Part shown: positions 1 to 9,258 of the stretch, one piece after another | Layout: the number at the start of each line of letters is the position of its first letter | Numbering within the stretch: the first letter of the stretch is position 1 | Source: Candidatus Saccharimonadota bacterium | Lineage (GTDB): Bacteria > Patescibacteriota > Saccharimonadia > Saccharimonadales > JAGQNJ01 | DNA length: 32,895 nt | Assembly (NCBI GenBank): GCA_020428115.1 | Contig: JAGQNJ010000001.1 | Span: forward strand, 1-32,895 | Direction of reading: 5' to 3' | Notes under the pieces: generated by a model | Databases searched by the model: none | Seen by the model: the letters and a program-made list of their open reading frames with translations, nothing else | What the model was told of the DNA's origin: nothing | Position numbers and translations under genes: made by a program

Positions 1-793
1 TGTCGGCAAAAAGCTTAACGTGTTTAGCATATAATTCTTTGCGCTGCTCGTCTGAGAGGGTCGCCCAGGGGCTCGCCTCGGCAAACACAAACGGATCATG
101 AAACACACCACGTCCGATCATCACGCCATCAAGCTTATACTGCTCTGCTAGCTCCCGTCCTTGCTGTTTGGTCATAACATCGCCGTTAAGCACCAAAAGC
201 GTAGTGGGGGAGATAGCATCGCGCAAACGCCGTATTTCGTCCATATATTGCCACTGAGCTGGCACCTTGGACATTTGCCTGGCCGTGCGGCAATGAATAG
301 TTAACATGTTAAGTTTAAATCCAAGCAAAAACTCAATCCAGGACAAATCAACCTCCTTGCTCCCAAGTCTGGTCTTGACACTAACAGGGAAATCGCCAGC
401 AGCTTTTTGCGTCGCTCGAATAATCTCCCCTGCCAGTCCCCTATCGTCAATAAGTGCGCTGCAGCACCCCTGTTTTATAACTGTTTTGACCGGGCACCCC
501 ATATTGATGTCAACCCCAGTGAACCCCATAGTTTTGAGCTCTTTGACTGTTTTGTAATAATTGTCTGGATTTTTGCCCCAAATTTGAGCAATCAGCGGCC
601 GTTCCTTGTCGGTATGCTGTAGCTTGTGCATCAGTTTTGGGCGCCCGGGACTCTGTAGGCCATCAACATTTACAAATTCTGTAAAGAATAAATCCGGCGG
701 TGCGCAGTCAGCAATTATCTGGCGAAAGACGCTATCAGTTACGTCATCCATGGGTGCCAGCACAAAAAACGGCTTTGGCAGATTATCCAGCAC
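1..793 (-). CDS. dus: tRNA-dihydrouridine synthase (Dus family), N-terminal ~264 codons; C-terminus runs off the window
   Basis: Absent from the ORF track because it is open at the window edge. Minus-strand translation from GTG 793 reads VLDNLPKPFFVLAPMDDVTDSVFRQIIADCAPPDLFFTEFVNVDG...VDINMGCPVK...VKTRLG...IHCRT...LNGD...GVMIGRG. These are classic Dus/FMN-barrel motifs. The upstream gene stops 1 nt before the GTG. Confidence 0.85.
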   Translation of the reverse strand, partial: MLDNLPKPFFVLAPMDDVTDSVFRQIIADCAPPDLFFTEFVNVDGLQSPGRPKLMHKLQHTDKERPLIAQIWGKNPDNYYKTVKELKTMGFTGVDINMGCPVKTVIKQGCCSALIDDRGLAGEIIRATQKAAGDFPVSVKTRLGSKEVDLSWIEFLLGFKLNMLTIHCRTARQMSKVPAQWQYMDEIRRLRDAISPTTLLVLNGDVMTKQQGRELAEQYKLDGVMIGRGVFHDPFVFAEASPWATLSDEQRKELYAKHVKLFAD

Positions 794-794
794 G

Positions 795-1709
795 CTAGCT
801 CGCTGCTCCTGCTTGTGCAAAGCTAGCGATTAGTTCCTGGGTTGCCTTCGCGTTTTCTCTATCTTGTGCGGTTCGTCTGTTTCTATCTATTCTAAGCATT
901 GCATTAAGCCGCTCCGACCACCACACCTGACGACGCTCCTGCTCACGCTTCGCTAGTAGTAATACGAGTGGTTGATCAGCAAGTATTTCCGTTTGTTCAC
1001 CTGCTTTATAACCAAAGTGTGCAATCCTAAATGCTAGATCCCTATTACAGGCACCGAGTAGTATATCGAGGTTTTCTGGGTCTGCTAAACAAGCACCGAG
1101 GTCCTCTATTGCATCTGCAGCATATCGTGCAGCAGACTCGTTGTAGGGTTGGCCGGTCTTCATCTGTTCTGTAACTGCTGTTATCGCCGCATGCCGAACA
1201 TTAGCTGCTGCCAAATTCGCATGTAACGCACGTTGCAGACTATCTGCCACGGCTTGTGGTTTCCTCTGTTGAGCCATCTTCTTTTGGCGTTTTTGTTCAT
1301 CAGTCAATACGACCTGTCCTATACCCTCGAGTGTTAACTGCGCCTCATCACGCTCTCGTTTCCTTCGTTCGTTATTAGCACCGGCATACATAATATACCG
1401 CTCGATTGCTTCGGGCTTAGGGTCTGGCGAATAGTATCTATTTAGATCATCGAGCACTGGGACATCCATGGCACTAAGGTGTATGCCGAGATTTCTGACC
1501 TCGACTGGATCAATTGGAAGGATTTCATCAGTATTAGCAAAATCAAGCCCTCGTCTTTTGCCTCTTAATGGCTCGCTTGGATATGGCAACGCAGCACGGG
1601 CATTTAGTTGCCTCTGTTCGCGAGCATCGGGCGAGCTCATCAGGAGCTGCTGCTGCTCGGCTGTCACCTGCTCACCAGAAATACCAGGATCGATATCAGA
1701 TAGTGTCAT
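795..1709 (-). CDS. hypothetical soluble charged protein (304 aa)
   Basis: Long ORF with no TM segment and no motif I recognise. It is co-directional with and abuts dus. Confidence 0.6.
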   Translation of the reverse strand: MTLSDIDPGISGEQVTAEQQQLLMSSPDAREQRQLNARAALPYPSEPLRGKRRGLDFANTDEILPIDPVEVRNLGIHLSAMDVPVLDDLNRYYSPDPKPEAIERYIMYAGANNERRKRERDEAQLTLEGIGQVVLTDEQKRQKKMAQQRKPQAVADSLQRALHANLAAANVRHAAITAVTEQMKTGQPYNESAARYAADAIEDLGACLADPENLDILLGACNRDLAFRIAHFGYKAGEQTEILADQPLVLLLAKREQERRQVWWSERLNAMLRIDRNRRTAQDRENAKATQELIASFAQAGAAS

Positions 1710-1734
1710 AGTATTAGTATACCTTGTTTATCAA

Positions 1735-2043
1735 TTACGAGGCACGGCTCTGTTTGCCTGCTTTGGCCTCTGTGCGTATACGTCGTAGTGCCTCTAGACC
1801 AACAACCCGAGCATCATCATCCAGCTTCCAGTCTTTGGCTGTTTCACGACCTGGAACATTTGGGTGTGGCATAGTTGGCAAAGTTTCGCCGAGATCTTCT
1901 GCTGGGACCTCTGAAACAACAACCCCTTCATAGATATCATGAGGCATTTCGGCATCCTGCTTGCTACCACGTGGATACCTCGGCTGATTCACCCCAGTGT
2001 ATGAGGGAACTATTTCGCCTTCGTGTTCATGAAAGGTATTCAT
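1735..2043 (-). CDS. hypothetical acidic protein (102 aa)
   Basis: ORF directly downstream of an extended -10 promoter. No recognisable motif. Confidence 0.55.
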   Translation of the reverse strand: MNTFHEHEGEIVPSYTGVNQPRYPRGSKQDAEMPHDIYEGVVVSEVPAEDLGETLPTMPHPNVPGRETAKDWKLDDDARVVGLEALRRIRTEAKAGKQSRAS

Positions 2044-2049
2044 AATTGT

Positions 2050-2058
2050 ATTATATCA
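2050..2058 (-). promoter_or_regulatory. extended -10 (TGaTATAAT), 6 nt before ATG 2043; leaderless-type promoter
   Basis: Minus strand reads gTGaTATAATacaattATG. No SD between the box and the ATG. Confidence 0.55.
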
Positions 2059-2096
2059 CGATTATTAGTATTTTACAATAGCCTGTCGCGTTCGGC

Positions 2097-3197
2097 TTAT
2101 TCCCAGCGGAAAGTTTTGAATGCAATAACGTAGATGACGACAGTCCATATGCCAATAACTAGCAACTGTGGGCCAAGATCGAATATAGTTTGCCCTTCTG
2201 TTAGGATACGGCGCAACCCCTCAACGACAGGAGTAAGAGGTATGAACTGGGTCACCTTTTGTAGCCACAACGGCATAAGGAACACTGGGAAGAATACGCC
2301 AGATAGGAACATCATCGGGAAGCTCACCAGGTTAGATAATGGCGCCGCCTGGTTTGCGTCTTTGGCCCAGCCAGCAATCGCCATACCAAAACCAAATAAA
2401 CAGGCCGTAGAGATAATGACAAATGTAATAAACGATAGGTAGTCACCCCTCATGTTGAATTTGAAGAACACAAGTGCGGTCACGAACATCAAGGCAACGG
2501 ATATGAGCCCAACAAATATTCTATTGAGTGCTGTGGCGCTAATGATTTGCCATGGACGAATTGGCGCTACCTGCATGCGACGGAGACTTCCGGCCTTTTT
2601 ATCACCGGTAAAACCCTCGCTCATGCTAAAAATACCCAGGCTCAGTATCGAGAATCCGATAAGACCTGCTAGGGTGTAGTCGAACCGAGTAAGATTCGCC
2701 GTCTGAAGTGTCCGCGTTTCTAGGGTAAATGGTGCTTCGGTCTGTACAAATTGGCTATTAATGCCATCGAGTGTTGACTGCAGAACTGCTTGGAAGGTAG
2801 CCGCCAGCTGCTCGTCACCTTCGTCGTAATAGGTTATAACTACGCCGTTGGGCACACCAGACTGGTCTATTTCGCCGAAACCTGATGGCAGTTCAATGAT
2901 GCCATCTATTTCGCTGCGACCTAGCTTTTCTTTGGCCTGATCAAAGGTTACGTTCTCTTGGAGCTTGAATATATCCCCCTCTTTGAGCCCATCAACAAAC
3001 TGGTTCGAAAACTGCGTTTGCGCGCTGTTGATAATTACAACGTCAAAACGCGGAGTGTCGTTGCGACCAAAGATCGTGCCGAACACTAGCAGAAATATGA
3101 GCGGAAACAAAAAGGTAAAAAACAGCGCTACTTTATCCCTAAAATAACGTCGTGTGAATGCCTTGGTGAGCTCCCAAACTGTACGAATATCACGCAT
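2097..3197 (-). CDS. ABC-2 type transporter permease
   Basis: 366 aa with an N-terminal TM, a large external loop and then 5 C-terminal TM segments. It sits 1 nt downstream of the ABC ATPase gene. Confidence 0.85.
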   Translation of the reverse strand: MRDIRTVWELTKAFTRRYFRDKVALFFTFLFPLIFLLVFGTIFGRNDTPRFDVVIINSAQTQFSNQFVDGLKEGDIFKLQENVTFDQAKEKLGRSEIDGIIELPSGFGEIDQSGVPNGVVITYYDEGDEQLAATFQAVLQSTLDGINSQFVQTEAPFTLETRTLQTANLTRFDYTLAGLIGFSILSLGIFSMSEGFTGDKKAGSLRRMQVAPIRPWQIISATALNRIFVGLISVALMFVTALVFFKFNMRGDYLSFITFVIISTACLFGFGMAIAGWAKDANQAAPLSNLVSFPMMFLSGVFFPVFLMPLWLQKVTQFIPLTPVVEGLRRILTEGQTIFDLGPQLLVIGIWTVVIYVIAFKTFRWE

Positions 3198-3198
3198 G

Positions 3199-3957
3199 CT
3201 ATTCCCGCAAATCCTTTCCTGTCAGATCAATAAATACATCTTCTAGATCGGCCTGCTCAACTTTGCGAGATTTTTTGAAACCTCTTTTGAGCAATGCCTT
3301 GATGAGGTGCTCGGGTGTATCAAGGGCTATGATTTTGCCATTATCCATAATTGCTACCCGATCACAGAGTAATTGTGCCTCTTCCATATAATGGCTCGTC
3401 AGTACAACAGTAATACCCTTCTCGCGTATCGATTGCACAAGCTCCCATAAGTTTCGGCGAGCCTGAGGGTCAAGCCCCGTAGTTGGCTCGTCCAGGAATA
3501 GCACTTTGGGTTTATTAACCAGCGCAGATGCAACACTAAAACGCTGTTTTTGGCCACCGGAGAGTGTATCGACATATGCCTTGGCTTTGTCATGCAAGTT
3601 GACATCCTTGAGGAGCGTATCGGGGTGGACGCGCTGATGATACATACTGCCGAACATCCGCAGTAGCTCACGAAGCGTCAGCTTGTCAAAAAAGCTCGAA
3701 CTTTGCAGCTGCACACCAATCACTTGTTTGACTTTATGCGGTTGCGTCTTGACATCAATTCCATCAAGCGTGACCACACCCCCGTCTATCGGGCGCAGGG
3801 CCTCTATCATTTCTAGCGTTGTAGTTTTACCAGCACCATTTGGGCCAAGTATTCCGAATACTTCACCCTTTTTGACCTCAAAGCTCACGCCTTTGACAAC
3901 TGTTTTGTTGCCATAGCGTTTCTTGAGATTTTGTACACTGAGAATAGTATCTGACAC
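3199..3957 (-). CDS. ABC transporter ATP-binding protein
   Basis: Walker A GPNGAGKTT, signature LSGGQKQR, Walker B VLFLDEPTTGLD, H-loop TSHYMEE. GTG start. Confidence 0.95.
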   Translation of the reverse strand: MSDTILSVQNLKKRYGNKTVVKGVSFEVKKGEVFGILGPNGAGKTTTLEMIEALRPIDGGVVTLDGIDVKTQPHKVKQVIGVQLQSSSFFDKLTLRELLRMFGSMYHQRVHPDTLLKDVNLHDKAKAYVDTLSGGQKQRFSVASALVNKPKVLFLDEPTTGLDPQARRNLWELVQSIREKGITVVLTSHYMEEAQLLCDRVAIMDNGKIIALDTPEHLIKALLKRGFKKSRKVEQADLEDVFIDLTGKDLRE

Positions 3958-3984
3958 AGTAATTACCTATTATACCAAATATAA

Positions 3985-4010
3985 AAGCGCCCTAGATAAC
4001 CAGGGCGCTT
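3985..4010 (-). terminator. intrinsic terminator after the 64-aa gene
   Basis: Stem AGCGCCCT / AGGGCGCT (3986-3993 / 4002-4009). On the minus strand it is followed by TTTTATATTT. Confidence 0.6.
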
Positions 4011-4033
4011 CTTTGATTGTCAATCGTGATCGA

Positions 4034-4228
4034 CTAACCCTTTTTAACAGTCAAGAAACCGTTGCGTGGGTTTTCTGTTACGACGTAACCGCTTGGTAGA
4101 TCGCAGCCTTCTGGTCGCTCATCTTTACTGAAGTAATAGATGGTTTGCTGCTTGCCGCCACGTAGTGTAACGTCTTTGCTGTTTAGATAGTATGTAACAC
4201 CCTTACTATTTGTGTGCTTGTAAGCCAT
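4034..4228 (-). CDS. small conserved-looking hypothetical protein (64 aa)
   Basis: ORF preceded by a purine-rich SD (agagggagagag) and followed by a terminator. Confidence 0.55.
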   Translation of the reverse strand: MAYKHTNSKGVTYYLNSKDVTLRGGKQQTIYYFSKDERPEGCDLPSGYVVTENPRNGFLTVKKG

Positions 4229-4453
4229 TGTAGACTCTCTCCCTCTTTAGGTTTACCTTAGTACCCCTACCATACTCTGAGCTCATTTCCTTTGTCAACC
4301 CTGTTATCGGTATTTTTGAAAACTGTCGGCGCAAATCACATACATTTACAGAGAAGCCCTGATTAAATAGCGGTTTGGGCATTGCCTAGACATACGCTTA
4401 TGCTTTACACTGTTAGACATAAGTAAACTAACACGCAAATAGGGGTGTAATGT

Positions 4454-4999
4454 ATGGATATTCAGCGCGCTAACCGTCCAAGCCAAAATTCTCAGGCTAG
4501 TGCAAGTACAAATGGCGGTCGTAAAAAACAAAAGTGGGTCGGAGCTATCAAGGTAACTTCAGTGATACTACTGTTTTCTATCACTATTTTGCTCGTGGCC
4601 GTGCTTGCTTACACTGTTATGAACCGCAAGAACGATACTACAGAGGCATCGTTGGTCGATACTTCTAAGTACCAGGCTGTGTTCCTTGTAAACCAACAAT
4701 TACCATATTTTGGTAAGATCGTTGCTCTGAACTCAGAATACATGGTGCTGGATGATATCTACTACCTACAGATCAACCAGTCGGTACAACCAGGCCAAGA
4801 GAATCAGCCACAAGATATCACGCTGGTTAAACTCGGTTGTGAATTGCACGGACCGCAAGATCGTATGGTAATTAACACCGACCAAGTGTTCTTCTGGGAG
4901 AACCTCAAAGATAATGGCAACGACAGTAAGGTCACTGCTGCTATCCAACAATTCCAGGAGCAAAATCCAAACGGTCTACAGTGTAAGACCACAAACTAG
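4454..4999 (+). CDS. membrane-anchored hypothetical protein (181 aa)
   Basis: SD aggggtg lies upstream. Basic N-terminus, one TM (VTSVILLFSITILLVAVLAYTV) and an external domain. Confidence 0.7.
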   Translation: MDIQRANRPSQNSQASASTNGGRKKQKWVGAIKVTSVILLFSITILLVAVLAYTVMNRKNDTTEASLVDTSKYQAVFLVNQQLPYFGKIVALNSEYMVLDDIYYLQINQSVQPGQENQPQDITLVKLGCELHGPQDRMVINTDQVFFWENLKDNGNDSKVTAAIQQFQEQNPNGLQCKTTN

Positions 5000-5021
5000 C
5001 CTGCAAATTCCAAGGCTGCAT

Positions 5022-5058
5022 ACGCCCCCAATCCACAGTGAGAGGGGGCGTTATATTT
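5022..5058 (+). terminator. intrinsic terminator
   Basis: 8-bp stem ACGCCCCC / GGGGGCGT (5022-5029 / 5044-5051) followed by TTATATTTCT. It lies between convergent genes. Confidence 0.55.
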
Positions 5059-5070
5059 CTGCGTATTTCC

Positions 5071-5676
5071 CTAGTCTTGGCGAATCGTAAACCGAGCCCA
5101 GCGCTGCGTAATAAACCGAAACACAAAGAGTACAAAAAAGATACCGGCTAGCACCAAGCTCCAGCCTGCAAGATCTGGTGACCAGCGAGGTGGTTCAAAA
5201 TCAAACTTGTATAGAGCATCTGGTATAGGCTGTTCCTTGGCACCGTTTTCGGCAACGTACTGCTCGATACACGGGACTCGTGGTCCGCCAGACGTACTTG
5301 CGGGATACAATGCCTCACAATGTGCCTGTGCTGCTGTATAGATATTGGAATTAACCTGTTCAACGCGCGCCTTCTCTGCCGCAACAAGCCGTTCGTATCG
5401 ATACTTGAGCTGCACGGGCTGTTGAACACCTGTGCCTGAGGATAGATCGGTATTCATATGTGCATAGACGTATTCGCGAAGCTCTTTTAGCGCCGCCTCG
5501 ACATCACCATTTTGCTCGTCAACCGCTAATACCTGATCACGCAGTCGTATCGCCTGAAGGTTATTAGCTCTGAGTGCAAATATTGCCACCCCTGTAAAGA
5601 ATAAAAAGGCACCCAGAAAATACCAATAACTCAGGGGTGGTATCCGCTGCCAAACAGATTGTTGTGACTTTTTCAT
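5071..5676 (-). CDS. two-TM hypothetical membrane protein (~201 aa)
   Basis: The track ORF runs to 5754. I prefer the internal start MKKSQQSVW (M27) just before the first TM. There is a second TM at the C-terminus. Confidence 0.65.
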   Translation of the reverse strand: MKKSQQSVWQRIPPLSYWYFLGAFLFFTGVAIFALRANNLQAIRLRDQVLAVDEQNGDVEAALKELREYVYAHMNTDLSSGTGVQQPVQLKYRYERLVAAEKARVEQVNSNIYTAAQAHCEALYPASTSGGPRVPCIEQYVAENGAKEQPIPDALYKFDFEPPRWSPDLAGWSLVLAGIFFVLFVFRFITQRWARFTIRQD

Positions 5677-5800
5677 TACTCTTATGGTAAACCGTTTTTT
5701 TACTTCAGTACAGTCAAAAGCCCAAGCGACAAAACCTGAGCCCCCTCCGTGCACTACAGTACTATTTACAGCTCACAGACGGTCGGTGTAAGCTGAATAG

Positions 5801-7120
5801 ATGGCGAATACGAAACACAGAATGCATATTTTCTTCAGCGGCATTGGTGGTACTGCTATTGGCCCTCTCGCACTTATTGCCAAGCAGGCTGGATACACAG
5901 TATCCGGCTCAGACAAGCAAGATTCGCAGTATATCGAGTACCTAAAAAAGCACGGAATCCATGATATCCATATTGGTCAGACCAATCAGGCAATTGCCGC
6001 TGTGCACCAAAAACAACCAATTGACTGGTTCGTGTATTCATCGGCTGTAGAAAAAGAGGATAACAAGCATCCAGAGCTTGAGTTTATCAAAGAACAGGCT
6101 ATCAAATACAGCAAACGTGACGAGCTCCTGAATCAAATTCTTGCCGATAAGAAACTACGCCTGCTGGCTATTGCAGGTACACATGGCAAGACCACTACCA
6201 CCGCAATGATGATATGGCTTTTTAAGCAGCTCGGGCTACCTGCGAGTCATTCTGTTGGTGCCAAAATTAGCTTTGGTGATATGGGGCATTACCAGCCGGG
6301 TTCAGAGTATTTTATATATGAGGCGGACGAGTTCGATCGCAATTTCTTGGCATTTGAGCCGTATAAAAGCCTTATTACTGGTGTTAGTTGGGATCATCAC
6401 GAAATTTTCCCAACCCGTGAAGATTACCAGGAAGCCTTCAAAGAATTTATTAGTCAGAGTAGCTGGACGTATCTGTGGCAGGATGATGCGGACTATCTTG
6501 ATCTGGCTGGCAGCACGCATATATCTATTCTCGACCCTGCCGAAGCAGAACGGACAGATTTACAACTCCCTGGCGCCTACAATCGGTTGGATGCATGGCT
6601 GGTCATCGAGGCGGTACACGAAATCACAAATGAACCGCTACCGCGCCTTGTAGAATTGATGAATGGTTTCCCTGGGCTACAACGGCGCATGGAACAGATT
6701 ATTCCCAACCTCTATAGCGATTATGCGCATACCCCAGAGAAAATACGTGGCGGACTAAGTGTGGCTTTGGAGCTGGCTGCAATAAAGGGTCAAAATGTTG
6801 TTGTTGTGTACGAACCTCTTACAAATCGTCGGCAACACTACATGATTGACGACTACAAAGATTGCTTTGCTGGGGCACGTAAGGTGTACTGGATACCTAG
6901 CTATCTTGCTCGAGAGGATCCAGGGCAACGTATTATTCCTCCAAGCGAAATGATTACACACCTCAGCGACCCAACTATTGCCACCCCAATGAAACGTAAC
7001 GCAGAACTCAAGGCAGCTATTCAAAAACACCTCGACGCAGGCGACATGGTTGTTGCAATGGCAGGTGGTGGTGGCGATAGCCTAGATGAGTGGATCAGAG
7101 CCGAGTTTAAGCCCGCCTAA
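5801..7120 (+). CDS. Mur ligase family protein (MurC/Mpl-like)
   Basis: N-terminal FFSGIGGTAIGPLA..GYTVSGSD, P-loop AGTHGKTTTTAMM and YEADEFDRNFL (compare MurC/Mpl EADESDxSFL). 439 aa. Confidence 0.8.
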   Translation: MANTKHRMHIFFSGIGGTAIGPLALIAKQAGYTVSGSDKQDSQYIEYLKKHGIHDIHIGQTNQAIAAVHQKQPIDWFVYSSAVEKEDNKHPELEFIKEQAIKYSKRDELLNQILADKKLRLLAIAGTHGKTTTTAMMIWLFKQLGLPASHSVGAKISFGDMGHYQPGSEYFIYEADEFDRNFLAFEPYKSLITGVSWDHHEIFPTREDYQEAFKEFISQSSWTYLWQDDADYLDLAGSTHISILDPAEAERTDLQLPGAYNRLDAWLVIEAVHEITNEPLPRLVELMNGFPGLQRRMEQIIPNLYSDYAHTPEKIRGGLSVALELAAIKGQNVVVVYEPLTNRRQHYMIDDYKDCFAGARKVYWIPSYLAREDPGQRIIPPSEMITHLSDPTIATPMKRNAELKAAIQKHLDAGDMVVAMAGGGGDSLDEWIRAEFKPA

Positions 7121-7827
7121 AGCAAGGCACGCTTACCACTGTTGGTAAAGCATTTTCCCGAATCAACGCTCTTCAACTTTGCAACCGTCTTAAGAATTGC
7201 CTCTGATGCTTCATCTGGTGATTGCGCGCCCCGTTGATTCATTGCCGTGTGAACACTACCTGGGTCGATAGCAAATACCATGGCATTATGTGGGGCCAAT
7301 TCATGCGCCAAGTCACGCGTCATCATATTCAGCGCGACTTTGCTGGCCGCGTAACCATAATTATTGTAGTTACCGTCTTCATCACGATGTGTAAACGATG
7401 CGCGGTACGAAGAAATATTAATAACCTTTGCATTTGCAAGCAGCGGTACGAAGGTCTGCACCACCATGATTGGCGCGATCGTGTTAACGTCAAACATCTC
7501 TAATAGCTCTGTACGCTGCAGATGACCAAGCTGTGTGGTACTTGGTTTATGCATACCAGGTGAGTCATGGTTAATGCCTGCGTTATTGATAAGTAGCGCT
7601 AGACTATCCGTCTTTGCGCTAATTGCCTGGTAGGCAGTTTGTATGGATGTACTATCAGTAACATCCATAGTGAGTTTGTGTAGGTGCGGGTGGTTGAGTT
7701 GCGCGAGCGGCTCGTCGTCCTTCAGCGCACGATAGGTTGCAAACACCTCATACCCTTGACCAAGCAGGTTTTGCACAAACCCAAAGCCCAGTCCCCGACT
7801 CGCGCCAGTGACTACTGCCGTTTTCAT
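7117..7827 (-). CDS. short-chain dehydrogenase/reductase (SDR)
   Basis: TGASRGLG dinucleotide motif, NNAG and catalytic YAASK. Confidence 0.9.
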   Translation of the reverse strand: MKTAVVTGASRGLGFGFVQNLLGQGYEVFATYRALKDDEPLAQLNHPHLHKLTMDVTDSTSIQTAYQAISAKTDSLALLINNAGINHDSPGMHKPSTTQLGHLQRTELLEMFDVNTIAPIMVVQTFVPLLANAKVINISSYRASFTHRDEDGNYNNYGYAASKVALNMMTRDLAHELAPHNAMVFAIDPGSVHTAMNQRGAQSPDEASEAILKTVAKLKSVDSGKCFTNSGKRALL

Positions 7828-8276
7828 CGTTTACTCCAGCCATATTCACAAAAACTATGGCCCTTAGATATTTCTCCTAAAGCAAATTTAACAGAGGGGA
7901 TCACATTTTTTGGCAAGTTGTCGGGTTCCAGCCATACTAATTCACTGTGTACATGGGGTTCGGCGTTGTATGGTTTTCCTTTGTATTTTTTAGGTTCAAA
8001 AAATACGTCCACCCACTCCATGCCGTTATCCTCCATACGATGCATAGTTAGAAGATAGTTTAGGTCGCCTGGTCTTATGTCAATCCCAGACTCTTCCTTT
8101 GCTTCTCTAACTGCCGCTTTTGTGAATGACTCAGCTTTCTCTACTTTGCCAGAAGGCAATCCGTAGTAGCCATTCATCCAAGAAGTGTTGCTTCGCAGAA
8201 CAAATGCGATTTTGTTGGCGTCTCTTATTACTAAGTAACTTGCCGTGTATGGAGTTGCTGTATCGTAAGTTTTCAT
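7824..8276 (-). CDS. NUDIX hydrolase
   Basis: Nudix box GLPSGKVEKAESFTKAAVREAKEESGI. Confidence 0.9.
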   Translation of the reverse strand: MKTYDTATPYTASYLVIRDANKIAFVLRSNTSWMNGYYGLPSGKVEKAESFTKAAVREAKEESGIDIRPGDLNYLLTMHRMEDNGMEWVDVFFEPKKYKGKPYNAEPHVHSELVWLEPDNLPKNVIPSVKFALGEISKGHSFCEYGWSKR

Positions 8277-8617
8277 CGGTTGTCCCCACTACCCCTAAGC
8301 TTGCCCCGCTCATTACGACTTGCTAGCTTATCAATATTGCGTTTCGCCACCTCTTCGAGGGGAACATCAAGGTGCTTCGCCAAAACTGCTATGTACCAAA
8401 GCACATCACCAAGCTCCTTGATCAGCAGCTGGCGCTTTTCTTCACTCATTTGAGCATTGTCATCACGTAGAATTTTCTTAACTTTGTCGGCAAACTCTCC
8501 ACTTTCGCCAACCAGCCCAAGAACTTTATCCATGAAGCTAACACTCATAACTTTGCCAAGATCTCCTGGCGTTAAGTTTGTTGCTTCGGCCGCAGCCTGG
8601 TACTCATCAAACGTCAT
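8273..8617 (-). CDS. MazG-like nucleotide pyrophosphohydrolase
   Basis: GLVGESGEF...KELGDVLWY...NIDKL pattern, 114 aa. Confidence 0.8.
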   Translation of the reverse strand: MTFDEYQAAAEATNLTPGDLGKVMSVSFMDKVLGLVGESGEFADKVKKILRDDNAQMSEEKRQLLIKELGDVLWYIAVLAKHLDVPLEEVAKRNIDKLASRNERGKLRGSGDNR

Positions 8618-9210
8618 GCTTCTATTCTACCAGCCTCGTTGATTTTTACTGATCCTTCACGAAGTACCTCGATAGCATCATCAACGATACGAATAATGGT
8701 TGAGGCTTCTGCACCTCGTTTGCTACCACCATCAACATAAAAATCGACTGTGTCCCCAAAATACTCACGTGCCTCATCAATTGTTGTGGCGGGCTCTGCA
8801 CCCGGTGTATTTGCACTCGACGTAATAAGCGGGCCTGTTTGCTCCAGCAGGCGATGGATCTTGGTATCGCTCGGGATACGAACCGCCAACGTTTGCTTAC
8901 CCTGGTGTAAATAGTCAAGCGCACTACCAGTCGGTATGACAATACTTATTGGGTTTGGCCAGAAGTGCTCAACAGCAGTAAGGTATCGACGCTTAATACC
9001 GAGCTCTACCAGCTGATCGATTGATGCCGCGATCAGTGTACCTGGTTTGTTACTGCGGCCTTTCAGCTTGTACAGTGCTTCTGTGGCTGATTGATTCGCG
9101 GCTTGGGCAACCAGGCCATAGAGAGTATCAGTCGGCATAACGCCAACACCACCCGCTTTGAGTTGCTTGATAAGCTGGGGGTCAAGAATATTCGTGTAGA
9201 GTTGTGTCAT
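8614..9210 (-). CDS. tsaC: L-threonylcarbamoyladenylate synthase (YrdC/Sua5 domain)
   Basis: Contains PTDTLYGL, KGRSNKPGTLI and SSAN. A 198-aa YrdC-only protein. SD aggaag lies upstream. Confidence 0.85.
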   Translation of the reverse strand: MTQLYTNILDPQLIKQLKAGGVGVMPTDTLYGLVAQAANQSATEALYKLKGRSNKPGTLIAASIDQLVELGIKRRYLTAVEHFWPNPISIVIPTGSALDYLHQGKQTLAVRIPSDTKIHRLLEQTGPLITSSANTPGAEPATTIDEAREYFGDTVDFYVDGGSKRGAEASTIIRIVDDAIEVLREGSVKINEAGRIEA

Positions 9211-9258
9211 GGTTTACTTCCTAATATAAGCGTAAGGTTTTATACTACTAATCAGACA

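Noticed and set aside
306-833. Three plus-strand ORFs (83, 71 and 75 aa).
   Set aside because: All are antisense to the clearly coding dus gene.
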